From NCBI GenBank assembly GCA_002269645.1, contig NIVC01002067.1, forward strand, positions 143,383-207,382: a DNA stretch of 64,000 bases. Reading direction: 5' to 3'. The notes under the pieces were generated by a model. The model was not told the DNA's origin and ran no database searches. It saw only the letters and a list, made by a program, of their open reading frames with translations. The DNA comes from Macrostomum lignano (lineage: Eukaryota). How positions within the stretch are numbered: the first letter of the stretch is position 1; every line of letters starts with the position of its first letter. Position numbers and translations under genes: made by a program. Shown here piece by piece: positions 26,701 through 37,300 of the stretch.

Positions 26701-29700
26701 CAACACCAGCGACAACACCAGCGACAACTGGTCTAAAAAACATTGAGCTTTGAGGGGATCTCAAAAACATTAGCTTTTGTATGCATAACAATAAACGATT
26801 TCGATCTACATTCATACTTGTCTCGTGTACAATTTCAAATTTGAGTGGGATCTTAGAGAGCAGGATCTGAGAGATTGGGATCCTGGGAGGTTGGGATCTG
26901 AGAGAGTGGGGTCTGAGAGAGCAGGATCTGAGAGATTGGGATCCTGGGAGGTTGGGATCTGAGAGAGTGGGGTCTGAGAGAGCAGGATCTGAGAGATTGG
27001 GATCCTGGGAGGTTGGGATCTGAGAGAGTGGGGTCTGAGAGAGCAGGATCTGAGAGATTGGGATCCTGGGAGGTTGGGATCTGAGAGAGTGGGAACCGAG
27101 AGGGTGGGATCTGGCAGATTGGGATCTGGGAGATTAGAATCTGAGAGTGAGATTTTTAATTTTGGGTAAGATTTTTGGGGATCTAAAGTGCTACTTGGAA
27201 TCTGAGAATGAGATAGGCAAGATTGGAGTGAGATTGGGAAACTGGGTGAGATTAAAAATCTATAGTGATATTTGGGGTTGTTGTTAAACGGGGGAGGGAA
27301 GCTGGGCTTACCGCGGATCAGCCCTAAAGGGGGCTCTGCCGCTAGTGGAGCACCGAAGAGTTTTTGGATAGACTACTTAAAGCGGTCCGAGAGCGGGGAT
27401 ACCCCGAAGTCAACGGAAATGGCTTATCAATTGGAGTGAGTCTGGAAGGCTTGTTTCCGAAAGGGAGACTCCAGGCGGGAAGACCGGCCGCCTCTATTGC
27501 TACCAACCCAAGGGTTTAAGTTTATAAGTTTAGTTTAGTTTAGCGCTTATGAAGTTTAGCGCTTGTGAAGTTTAGCGCTTGTGAAGTTTAGCGCTTATGA
27601 AGTTTAGCGCTTGTGAAGTTTAGCGCTTATGAAGTTTAGCGCTTGTGAAGTTTAGCGCTTGTGAAGTTTAGCGCTTATGAAGTTTAGCGCTTGTGAAGTT
27701 TAGCGCTTGTGAAGTTTAGCGCTTGTGAAGTTTAGCGCTTGTGAAAGTAGGTGAGTTAGCGCTTATGAAAATTAGCGCTTGTGAAGCCTCCCCCTGAAAC
27801 CCTCTAAACGCGCCTTTTGACACTACCCAATTTTTATTGCCTTTCTTGGAATTCCAGCCTAAAGCTGCCGTGTACATTCCAGTGGACTGGCTAATGTACA
27901 TTACTGCTGAACCAATTAGCAATATGTTTACGCCTGCAAGCATGGGCTTCTAAAGTCAAAGTAATTTCAACTGCCTTTTTTAAAAATAAAAATAGCTTAT
28001 GTATTCTTTGCTACTGAACTGAAAGTAGAAAGCTGTTTTACTAAGTATATGACTGAGTGGCCCATCCACGAATAGCTATTTTAGTATCTAGTACCTGCGG
28101 CTTAAATCAACAGACAGAATTTATTGCCCAACTATTAATAAATTGAAAAAAAGGATTAACTTTATTATCAAATGGCTAACCATTTATCAAATCACAAAGC
28201 TTATTCAAATGACTTATTAAATGACATGTCCCGATCCATAAAACTGAGAATGCAACAATAAACTTTTAGATTTGCCGAAACCGAACCTAACGATCGTCAG
28301 TGTGACAGCAACCAACGATAGTAGTATAACAGCTGCTGCGCCGAAAAATTTCAATCAAACTTACGAAATTTGTTCCGAAGATAAGTGCAAAAATCTCTTA
28401 AAAGCAAACAATAGCGTTTGCTTTACGGGTCTCCAACCGGGTACTGTGTACACTCTGACTGTGCGAACAGTCAAAACTGCATTTCCTGCATCAGATGCAG
28501 GACTCAAGAAAGCAGACTCAACTTCCAAATTTCTGGTACTGTATTCAAAAGGAAATTTTAAATACAGAGGTTTCTCTTTACAACAGGGCCATCTCTGCTC
28601 TCTCAGCATTCGGATCCCTAATCTCACTGCCATATATACAATCTCACTACCACGTTTCCAATTTCCCTCCCAGCATCTCAATCTCCCCTGATCTCATTCG
28701 GGGAGGCTTCACAAGCGCTAAACTTCACAAGCGCTAAACTTCACAAGCGCTAAACTTCACAAGCGCTAAACTTCACTACCAACGCTTCAAGGTCACTATC
28801 CCCTCTAGGGAGAACGCCAACGACAGCTGGGCCCCTCAGGAGGTTCACTGCTTTACTGACGGATCCTCCAAAGACGGTTTATCCGGCTTTGGAGTCTGCG
28901 TCCTTATCAACGGACGCGTGATCGTCACTCACGCCCAACACACTGGCAGACTCTCCAGCGTCTTCCAGAATGAAGTCCTTGCCATCAGCTCCTGTGCAGC
29001 TGAGCTCCACTGCAGGGACTTCAAGGACAGAAGAATATTCTTCCACCCTAACAGCCAGGCCGCTTTGCAGGCCCTGTGTCACACCACTACGAACTCCTGA
29101 ACAGTCCGCGACTGTATCGGGCAGCTCAACAAGCTGGCTCGGAGGAACACCGTCCGGCTTACGTGGATCCCAGGACACGCCGGCTTCAAAGGTAACGAGC
29201 TCGCCGACTCCCTCGCTAAGGCGGGCTGTTCCGGCTCGCTCCTTGGCCCCGTGCCCCTGGCCCCCATCCCCGCCACTGTCATTAATCGTCAGATTAACGA
29301 CTGGGCGGACATCCTGCACTTGCGCAGATGGGATGGTATCTCCAACTGCCGCCAATCCCGTGCGGCAGTGCCCAATCCGTCCCTCAAGCTGCGGAGAATC
29401 CTTTTGAACCAAAATCGAAAAGATATCCGATCTTTCGAAATCGAAAAGATCTCTGCCCTTTCTGCAACCTCGAGAACGAAGACGCCAAGCACTTCGTCTG
29501 CTACTGCCCGGCCTTCAACCGAGACCGGCTCAACCACCTCGGGCCCAACCCGTCCCTGGACGACGTTTGCCGGCCCGAGAACATCCCACGGCTCACCCGG
29601 TTTCTCCGGGCCACCAAGCGAGCCTCCGTCTTCCCCACCGAAGGCAACGCTGCAGACAGGCCCGGCAGACCTCCCTGACCGGCCCCGCGCCCTAGCCTAT

Positions 29701-31612
29701 GCGGGCCTTTCAGGGATTAGCGGAATGGGCGACGCTCGCCTCCCCGCTGCGTCTTCGGACCGCCCTGCAGCTAAGTCAAGTAAGTCAAGATATTACATGT
29801 ACTATCAGTATGATAGCTTCGTTCCATAAACCTGAATTTTTACTATGTCGAAATTTTACAACAGCGAATTTTATTGTACTTTAACAAACAATTTATTTAA
29901 ATGCCTCGTTTGTGATTGAGTGATTGAGAGTGAACGAGTGCAGTATAGCGTCACTCTATGGCAAAATATTCTAACCTACCGTAATTATTGTGGGTCACTT
30001 TAAAAAACCTTAATATTTCATAGGCTCAAAGCTAATTGCATGACCAATTGAAGTACCATTTTTATATACAAAGTGTATTTAATGGCTTTACCAATGGATG
30101 GAATGCCACTGATAAACAGATGTTGGCGCCAGCAAACTTTTCTATCTATAGGTTAACACTACGAGCTAAGAGAGTTGCACACTAAAAACTCTGAAGCACA
30201 AGCTTAAGCCTTTCCAGCTTTAAACATCGCTGGCAAATTATTACGAATCTAAACATATAATTTTATGGAAAGCTTGTTTAATAAAGTTTACAATGAAATT
30301 GTTCACATTATCACTTGTGTGGTGAAGCATTTGGTACACGAATCTAAGAGCAAAACAGCTTTTCCTATCTTACTTGAATCTAGTAGAGAATTTGATTTTA
30401 TCTACAGCTGAACATAGTTTGTTTCATAGGGTCCATCTATTGCCCATCCATAGTTTACTCACTTGTTATTGCCAGCAGCCACTGCGTTGGACCTTCCCTA
30501 TAATCGGGACTTTCAGCAACGGCTCTAATGGTGATGTTGTAGACTTCTCCACTTGAATTGTAATAACACGTGTGCCTCATTGATTTTGTCTCCACTGCAG
30601 CAGCTCTGGAGTCGCAGTTGACAAAATATGTCAGATTTAAATGTTTCACCGCCTGACTGACATTGTCTGGCCAGGACCAAGCAATCTCTATCAATTGTGC
30701 TGTTGTACGATTCACCTGCACTTTTAGATTAGGAAGTTCTACTGGTTCTGGCGTGGTTTGCACTGCACTGCCAGCTGTTGTTACGGTAGTTGCAGTTGTA
30801 GTAGTTGTTTGAAGGATTGCAGTTGTAGTCGTAGTTGAGGAGTCAGTTGTGCGGGACTTTGTCGTAGTCTGCTTTGTCGAGTTGGCAGTAAATGAAGCCG
30901 TAGTGCCATTTTTAGTTGTAGTTAAAGTTTTAGATGCAGTTGAAACGGCAGTTAAAGAGGCAATTGTAGAGGCAGTTGAAGCGGCAGTTGTAGAGGCAGT
31001 TAAAGCGGCAGTTGAAGCGGCAGTTGTAGAGGCAGTTAAAGCGGCAGTTGTAGAGGCAGTTGAAGCGGCAGTTGAAGCGGCAGTTGTAGAGGCAGTTGAA
31101 GCGGCAGTTGTAGAGGCAGTTGAAGCGGCAGTTGTAGAGGCAGTTGAAGCGGCAGTTGTAGAGGCTGTTAAAGCGGCAGTTGAAGCGGCAGTTGAAGCGG
31201 TAGTTGAAGCGGCAGTTGTAGAGGCAGTTGAAGCGGCAGTTGAAGCGTTAGTTGTAGAGGCAGTTGAAGCAGCAGTTGAAGCGGCAGTTGAAGCGTTAGT
31301 TGTAGAGGCAGTTGAAGCAGCAGTTGAAGCGGCAGTTGTAGAGGCAGTTGAAGCGGTAGTTGTAGAAGCAGTTGAAGCGGCAGTTGTAGAGGCAGTTGAA
31401 GCGGCAGTTGTAGAGGCAGTTGAAGCGGCAGTTGAAGAGGCAGTTGAAGCGGCAGTTGTAGAGGCAGTTGAAGCGGCAGTTGTAGAGGCAGTTGAAGCGG
31501 CAGTTGAAGCGGCAGTTGAACTAGGCCTAGACTGCTCACTGGTTGGATTTGCCAGAGAAGCCAGCACCAAGCTCGCTATGATGGCTAGCAAAATAGCAAT
31601 ACCTTTACTCAT
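17576..31612 (-). CDS. RPTP-B: receptor protein tyrosine phosphatase, 8 coding exons (signal peptide, mucin stalk, 2 FN3, TM, single PTP domain)
   Basis: Exons 31612-30463, 22999-22755, 22383-22199, 22103-21816, 21361-21089, 20647-20341, 19884-19809 and 17700-17576 are all GT-AG and phase-compatible. Motifs [38 protein letters not shown] and VQTKGQ are present. Confidence 0.9.
17818..19759. repeat. 21-bp intronic minisatellite (about 90 units) with higher-order blocks
   Basis: Unit CACAGTGTCTAAAATGGAATC. The variant block GGATCTCAGTGTCTAAAATGGAACCCTACCG recurs at about 18529 and 19012. Confidence 0.95.
19809..19884 (-). CDS. RPTP-B exon, end of PTP domain
   Basis: CTAG|GGT CAG CTC GCC TTC ATC TAC = GQLAFIYRFLVSYLEKRSYTQPIGD, followed by donor GTAAGT. 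Confidence 0.9.
20143..20340 (-). repeat. 31/35-bp array that copies the exon end and 5' splice site (about 6 extra units)
   Basis: Sense unit ATGGTGCAGACCAAG|GTGAGGGTTT(ATTT)GGGGTC. Confidence 0.95.
20341..20647 (-). CDS. RPTP-B catalytic exon (WAD loop, HCSAGVGRTG, MVQTK)
   Basis: 307 bp bounded by TAG| and |GTGAGG; identical to 49662-49968. Confidence 0.95.
21089..21361 (-). CDS. RPTP-B PTP-domain exon
   Basis: GLDRQREFISSQGPLPGTLDDHWRMIYQHKVTLIITLTQCLEGEKKKCERFWP...; 273 bp, the same length as paralog exon 50163-50435. Confidence 0.92.
21470..21690. repeat. 32-bp intronic minisatellite, about 7 copies
   Basis: Unit CACCCAGTTCACTCTCCTAGTCGTATAGTGTA. Confidence 0.9.
21816..22103 (-). CDS. 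RPTP-B juxtamembrane/PTP N-terminal exon
   Basis: ...QQFEEM...[21 protein letters not shown]...DDYINANYI with AG/GT boundaries, phase 2-2. Confidence 0.92.
22199..22383 (-). CDS. RPTP-B transmembrane exon
   Basis: VRTTPEPE...LLAVGLTGTMLFLAIAVVGVTASLFLRRH; bounded by CCAG| and |GTGAGT. Confidence 0.88.
22755..22999 (-). CDS. RPTP-B FN3 exon
   Basis: PQSPTL...FYNLMPGFEYNLTYWAVY (FN3 L-x-P-G-x-x-Y motif); bounded by CACAG| and |GTAAGA. Confidence 0.85.
23290..25175 (+). mobile_element. Degenerate I-group-type LINE ORF2 fragment (partial RT plus RNase H)
   Basis: DPKQVWNTIK, FTEGEL, PALFLLYVN, YADD (23771-23782), LNPAKT, KFLGVWID, WGWD...LLRVY and RNase H QWVPGHSGVHGNELVD. Multiple frameshifts and stops, and the N-terminal RT subdomains are deleted. 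Confidence 0.85.
25195..26727. repeat. 12-bp tandem repeat (about 120 units)
   Basis: ACACCAGCGACA with variants ACACCAGCGAAA and ACACCAGCAACA; stop-free in all three plus frames. Confidence 0.95.
26855..27110. repeat. 61-bp tandem repeat, about 4 copies
   Basis: Unit GAGAGCAGGATCTGAGAGATTGGGATCCTGGGAGGTTGGGATCTGAGAGAGTGGGGTCTGA. Confidence 0.9.
27538..27794 (+). repeat. 16-bp array (about 15 copies), left arm of an inverted pair
   Basis: (AAGTTTAGCGCTT[G/A]TG)n ending in GAAGCCTCCCC. Confidence 0.95.
27826..27905. repeat. Dispersed repeat of about 80 bp, also at about 58352-58430
   Basis: CCAATTTTTATTGCCTTTCTTGGAATTCCAGCCTAAAGC...GTACATT vs CCAATTTTATTGCCTTTCCGGAATTCCAGCCTAAAGC...GTACATT; possibly a SINE tail. 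Confidence 0.75.
28270..28535 (+). pseudogene. Orphan FN3-type exon, antisense to RPTP-B within its intron 1
   Basis: TTTTAG|AT TTG CCG... LPKPNLTIVSVT...FTGLQPGTVYTLTVRTV (FN3 GLxPGTxY motif). No convincing phase-1 donor at its 3' end. Confidence 0.7.
28700..28776 (-). repeat. 16-bp array (4 copies), right arm of the inverted pair
   Basis: GGGGAGGCTTCACAAGCGCTAAAC(TTCACAAGCGCTAAAC)n is the reverse complement of the left arm, including its inner GAAGCCTCCCC junction. Confidence 0.95.
28777..29789 (+). mobile_element. 5'-truncated LINE: RNase H, CCHC knuckle, 3' UTR and tail
   Basis: HCFTDGSSK, SVFQNEVLAI, WIPGHAGFKGNELADSLAK and CPFC...EDAKHFVCYCP; internal stop at about 29098; ends AAGTCAAGTAAGTCAAG. 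Confidence 0.88.
30463..31612 (-). CDS. RPTP-B first coding exon: signal peptide, S/T/A mucin repeats and FN3
   Basis: MSKGIAILLAIIASLVLASLA/NP, (STAA/STTAA/STA)n, then W-containing FN3 strands and YNITIRAV. Donor ACA A|GTGAGT is phase 1, matching exon 22999. Confidence 0.85.
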
Positions 31613-32254
31613 CTCATCGGCTAATGGATCGAAGAAGAATAAAATCTCTTGGACTTACTGTGTGTTTATGATTCTTTTAATTTGGTGAGCTTGTTGCCAC
31701 CGCTTCAATATATGTGTTTGCATGTGCGTACATTGTCCCTTCGAGATTGCAGTACAGATCTGCGAGCGTTATTTACATAAAATAATGTAAATACACTGTG
31801 CGCGCTCGTTTCACACACTCTCTCGGGTTTCCGGTTTGGCATGCGTATGCGATCCTTGTGTATGTGAACCTTACCCAGCCTGATCTTGATTGAACCGGCT
31901 TACATGTGTTTATATGCTTTCTAGTTACCTGCGCACATGTAAAATATTTAATAATTAATTTCAGTTATTAATTGTGAGCTGAGAGTAAGGTTTAATGAAA
32001 ACAAGTAAATCATGACTACAATTGATCAAGGATGCGCTTTGTACTTTGCGTATGCATGCATATATTTTCCAGTGACTTGGAGCGTTTAAGGTGGCCTTTA
32101 GTTTGCTGCTGTTGGCAGCTGCTGTACGATGCAGTCTGACTATTTTTAGATGTCTTTTACTCTCTAAATAGCTATTATTATTATTAATGTCCCGCATCAG
32201 TAGGCACTGACTCTCGCTGATTGCTAACCTTTATCTAAGCTTTCTCTCCCCTTC

Positions 32255-33201
32255 TCCTCTCTCCCCCTCTTCCTCTATTCCCCTTCTTCCTCTATTCCCC
32301 ATCTTCCTCTATTCCCCATCTTCCTCTATTCCCATCTTCCTCTATTCCCCATCTTCCTCTATTCCCCATCTTCCTCTATTCCCATCTTCCTCTATTCCCC
32401 ATCTTCCTCTATTCCCCATCTTCCTCTATTCCCCTTCTTCCTCTATTCTTTTTCTTCCTCTCTCCCCTCTTCCTCTCTCCCTCTTCCTCTCTCCCCTCTT
32501 CCTCTCTCCCCCTCTTCCTCTCTCACCCTCTTCCTCTCTCACCCTCTTCCTCTCTCCCCCTCTTCCTCTCTCACCCTCTTCCTCTCTCACCCTCTTCCTC
32601 TCTCCCCATCTTCCTCTCTCACCCTCTTCCTCTCTCACCCTCTTCCTCTCTCACCCTCTTCCTCTCTCACCCTCTTCCTCTCTCACCCTCTTCCTCTCTC
32701 ACCCTCTTCCTCTCTCCCCCTCTTCCTCTCTCACCCTCTTCCTCTCTCCCCATCTTCCTCTCTCACCCTCTTCCTCTCTCACCCTCTTCCTCTCTCACCC
32801 TCTTCCTCTCTCACCCTCTTCCTCTCTCACCCTCTTCCTCTCTCACCCTCTTCCTCTCTCAACCTCTTCCTCTCTCACCCTCTTCCTCTCTCCCCTCTTC
32901 CTCTCTCACCCTCTTCCTCTCTCACCCTCTTCCTCTCTCACCCTCTTCCTCTCTCCCCTCTTCCTCTCTCCCCCTCTTCCTCTCTCACCCTCTTCCTCTC
33001 TCCCCTCTTCCTCTCTCACCCTCTTCCTCTCTCACCCTCTTCCTCTCTCACCCTCTTCCTCTCTCACCCTCTTCCTCTCTCACCCTCTTCCTCTCTCACC
33101 CTCTTCCTCTCTCACCCTCTTCCTCTCTCACCCTCTTCCTCTCTCCCCATCTTCCTCTCTCACCCTCTTCCTCTCTCACCCTCTTCCTCTCTCACCCTCT
33201 T
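32255..33201. repeat. 16-bp pyrimidine-rich array, left half (right half 42078-42530)
   Basis: Unit CCCTCTTCCTCTCTCA; interrupted by the LTR retrotransposon. Confidence 0.95.
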
Positions 33202-33544
33202 TGTAAAGACTTCACTTAGTTAGCGAGGCAGAAAGATGCTTATGCGATAGCATGATAAAATCATTCATATATGTACATGTATTTGTCGAAATAGTATTTT
33301 AACCGATCAATAATTTGGGGACTGTAAAATAGACATATTAGTCACGTGCACGTACGCACAAAAGAACAAGCGAAGGAGAGAGTTGAAGGGCACGATGGTA
33401 AAGTGTACGCAGCAACCCCCAGCACCCCACACAACACAAGCCAAGTCACTACACTCCTCCCCAACAACTGCAGAAGCAGGGAACAGGAATTAAAAGAAAC
33501 TATTTAGTCCGCAACTCAAAGAGCACTAAATAACGGAATCACAG

Positions 33545-34356
33545 TCACTGGTAACACAGTCGATTAGGCTCAGTTCGGATCCTGGTCGAGCGCCGCGGCA
33601 ATGCCAAATCGCTCGCATTCGTGGCGTCGCAGGCGACCGCCAGGCCGGGGGCAACAGCTGCGCCGGCCGCTGCTGGTGGATCTTCCGGCGGATCAGCGAC
33701 CTGCTCAGCCTCGGGAGCTTCGCCAGCCGGTACAGCATCCGCGGGTCTGCGAACTTGGTCGATGTGCCGTTGGACCTCCCGGCCGTCATCAAAGTGGCAC
33801 GAGAACGACGCTGCTCCAGAGCTGGCAGTCACCACCGCCGGCTTCCATCTGCCGTCATCAGCGAAGTCCCTGGCAACCACGGCATCGCCGACCTCAATGC
33901 GGCGATCGTGAGCGTTGGCGTCGTGATGCTGCTTTTGCATCGCTTGCTGCACTGCAACCCTGGCCGGCACGTCGGGACGCACTCGATCGAGCAGAGAGCG
34001 CAGTCGCCTTCCCATCAGCAGCTCGCACGGCGGCGTGCCAGTCGTGGCATGTGGCGTCACGCGGTATGTCAGCAGGAACCGCGCTACTCGGTCTTTGAGC
34101 GAGCCGCCCTTCTGCTTGGCCAGCGACTTCTTCAGCGTTTGCACCGCGCGCTCCGCCTGGCCGTTGGATGCTGGGTGATACGGTGCAGTTCGCACGTGCC
34201 GAATGCCGTTTTTCCGTAGAAATTCGCTCATCTCTTCGCTGACTAGATTTGGCCCGTTGTCCGTAACGACAATGTCTGGCAGACCGTGAGTAGCGAAACT
34301 CTGCCGCAGTCTCTGAATCGTGGCCGTTGAAGTCGTCGACATCATTACATGAACTT
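33545..34356 (-). pseudogene. pol: Outer element integrase, C-terminal part
   Basis: EVHV..FATHGLPDIVVTDNGP..PYHPASNGQAERAVQTLK..GRRLRSLLD; continues ORF 38773-41819 in frame once the insert and one TSD copy are removed. Confidence 0.92.
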
Positions 34357-34361
34357 CCATC

Positions 34362-37300
34362 TGTTATGACTTCTTCTCTAGCGGAAGACAGTGAGTCAAG
34401 ATCAACAAGGTCAACTTAAAAGTTGCACTCTTAGCAGAGCGTCTTATTTCATGTTCGTAACGTTCCTTTTTATTTTCCAAGCTTGAAGCATCGCTTCTTT
34501 AGCTTATGGCTGGGTGTGTGTGCGACGGAGTCGTCTATGGCCACACCCAACATCTCCCCCCTTACAATGGCAAAGAAAAATTTTTTTAAGTTAATGCGGG
34601 AGGAACAAATTTTAGCACTTATAGTTAACTTTGGGTTTCTCCGAAAGTCGCATGCTTCTCCTGGGTTCAATAGTATCCTCGGGAACCTCAGGGATCGGAG
34701 GTGTACGCAGCCCCTCTTTTTGTGGAGGCTCCTCTTCTTGTTTTCTCCCTGCCGCGTGCTCGCCAGCTCAGGGTGGCATTCTGTCGGTTTCTGCGGGCTC
34801 CTCGCCGGTTAGACTGTACGGATGTAGCTGATCCAAGTGAACCTTCCGATACTTTGAGTTCGGTTCATCTGTCTTGATCATGGCCATGCTCCTTCCGATA
34901 GGCAAAAGCAGTTTTGCAGTGATTGGCTTGTCTCTCTCATTTTTGTAGATAACTGGATCCTCCAGTCCAACTTGCCTCTTGGTAAACGGAACCCTGAGCT
35001 TGTGCCCCAGCAGCTGTTCCGCTGGTGACGATCCCGCTTTGTTGTCTGATGCGCGATAAAACAGCAAGAAGCGGTCAACAGACTCTTGACTGAAGCCATT
35101 TGCTTTGATGCTTTCTTTTAGCGTGCGTACGAAACGCTCTGCAACCCCATTACTTTGTGGGTGATAAGCTGCAATAGTTAGGTGCTCACAGTCAATTCCT
35201 GCCAACCACTCCGTAAACTCCTTGCTGATAAAGCATGGTCCGTTATCTGACACAAGTGTCCTTGGAATTCCAAGCTGAGAAAATGTCCTTCTGAGACACT
35301 GAATGACAGTTCGAGAAGTCATATCTTTGGTGACGTGGACTTCAGGATACCCGCTGTACGAATCTACCAGAACGAGCATGTAGTGGTTGTCGATCGGTCC
35401 TGCAAAGTCGATATGAACACGATCCCAAGGACCCGCAGCTTCAGGCCAACTGGAGCGAAAATTCCTATTTTGCGGTTTTGCGGTCCTACAGATCTGGCAC
35501 AAACCGACTGTCCGTTCGATATCGCTGTCCATGGCTGGCCACCAAAACTCCGCACGAGCCAAGGACTTGGTGCGGGACATTCCCAAATGAACTTCGTGCA
35601 CTGCTGCAATCGCTTTCATGCGTAAGGATTTTGGAATAATGATCCTGTGGCCTCGAAGAATAACATCGTCCTGAACGCAAAGTTCTTCTCGCACATTTTT
35701 GAAAGGTCGCAGCCTAGGGTGTTTGAACCTTCCTGTCTTTATAGCGCTCTTCAGCAAGCGCATTTCGTTACACCGCTTCGTTGCTAGCCTGATTTCTTCC
35801 AGAGACACTGTAGTTAAAACCGTGTGAATGTTACCAATCTCTAGCGTTTCACCGCTTCTTCCTTGCGGAACCAATCTTGAGAGCGCGTCAGATGCCATAG
35901 CTTTAGATTTTCGATACTCGATCTCGTAATCGTACGCCGTGAGAAATATCGCCCATCTCTGCAGCCTTGCGGACACTCTCGATGGTAGCTCTTTGTCACA
36001 GGCTAAGATGTAAACGAGACTTCGATGGTCGGTTATTAGCTTAAATTTTCTGCCGCAGAGAAAACAATGACATCTTCTAACACCCCATTTTATCGCAAGC
36101 GCTTCTCGCTCTATTTGCGAATAATTTCGCTCCGATGATGACAAAAGTTTGCTGATGTACAAGACAGGACGTCCTTGCTGACTCAGGACACCACCAAGGG
36201 CAATCTGCGAAGCGTCTACTTCGAGCTCAACCGGTAGCTTTGGGTCGTACGCATGCAAAGCAGCGTCTTCTGAAAGTGATTTCTGGATGTTTCTGAACGC
36301 ATCTTGTTCTTTTGCGCCCCAACGAAACTCCACACCTTTGCGCTCAGGTGCACCAACGGAGCCGATATTCCAGAAAGGTTTGGAATGAATCGCGAGCAGA
36401 ACGTAATCAGTCCGAGGAAGGATTCTAACTCGGAAAGATTCTTCGGAGTTTCCATTTCTTTGATCGCCCGCACTTTCTCTCCATCAGGATAAATACGACC
36501 GCTGTCCAGAATATGACCCAAAAACCGGACTCGAGATAAATTCCGTTGGCATTTCTGATCATTTACCTTTAGCCCTTCCGATGCTAGACGGTAAAGTACT
36601 TGTTCTTCGCGTCCTTTCAACTCTGACTCATCGCTTCCACCAATTTATATATCGTCCATGTACGCTATTGTTCCGGGAATACCTTGGATCACTTGCGATA
36701 TATACCGTTGGAAAATACTCGGAGCCGTTTTTATTCCAAACACAAGTTTATTGTACTTAAAATTTCCAAATGGTGTCGACATCACGGTTAGCGGTTTAGA
36801 TGCATCGTCCAGCTCTACTTGGTTGTACGCTTTCTCTAGATCGATGATACTGTACCGAAAGCATCCCGCCACTGTCGAGAACGCTTCCTCCGGGGTCGGT
36901 GTCGGGTAGCTATCCGGGACCAGCTGTGGATTAAGCGTACTCTTATAGTCCACACATAGCCTGATACTGCCGTTGGGCTTGCCGACTACCACGACTGGAG
37001 ACGCCCATTCCGAGAATTTCACAGCTTCGATTATACCTTCATCAAGTAAGCGATCCAATTCCTTTTTTACTGCTTCACGTTGAGCAAATGGTAACGGTCT
37101 TGCTTTTACATACTTTGGTACTGCTCCGTCTTTAAGTTCCAAATGAGCTTTCATTGTAGTTGCACTTGCTGCCAGAGATGCCATATCCATGGAGACTTTC
37201 CCATTATGTCCTGTGTCCAGCTGTACACAGAGAACATCTCGCCCCAGCAAGGCATAGCTCTTGCTGCCTTTCACTACCTCAAAGTCGATGCGCTGATATT

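Noticed and set aside
25099-26815. ORFs of about 490-560 aa reading (NTSD)n, (LVLS)n and (VAGV)n
   Set aside because: A stop-free 12-bp unit opens every frame. Only the TPAT frame is kept, as a weak hypothesis.
27305-27520. Penelope-like RT fragment (FLDRLLKAVRERGYP)
   Set aside because: A single short motif with nearby stops; not supportable without a profile search.
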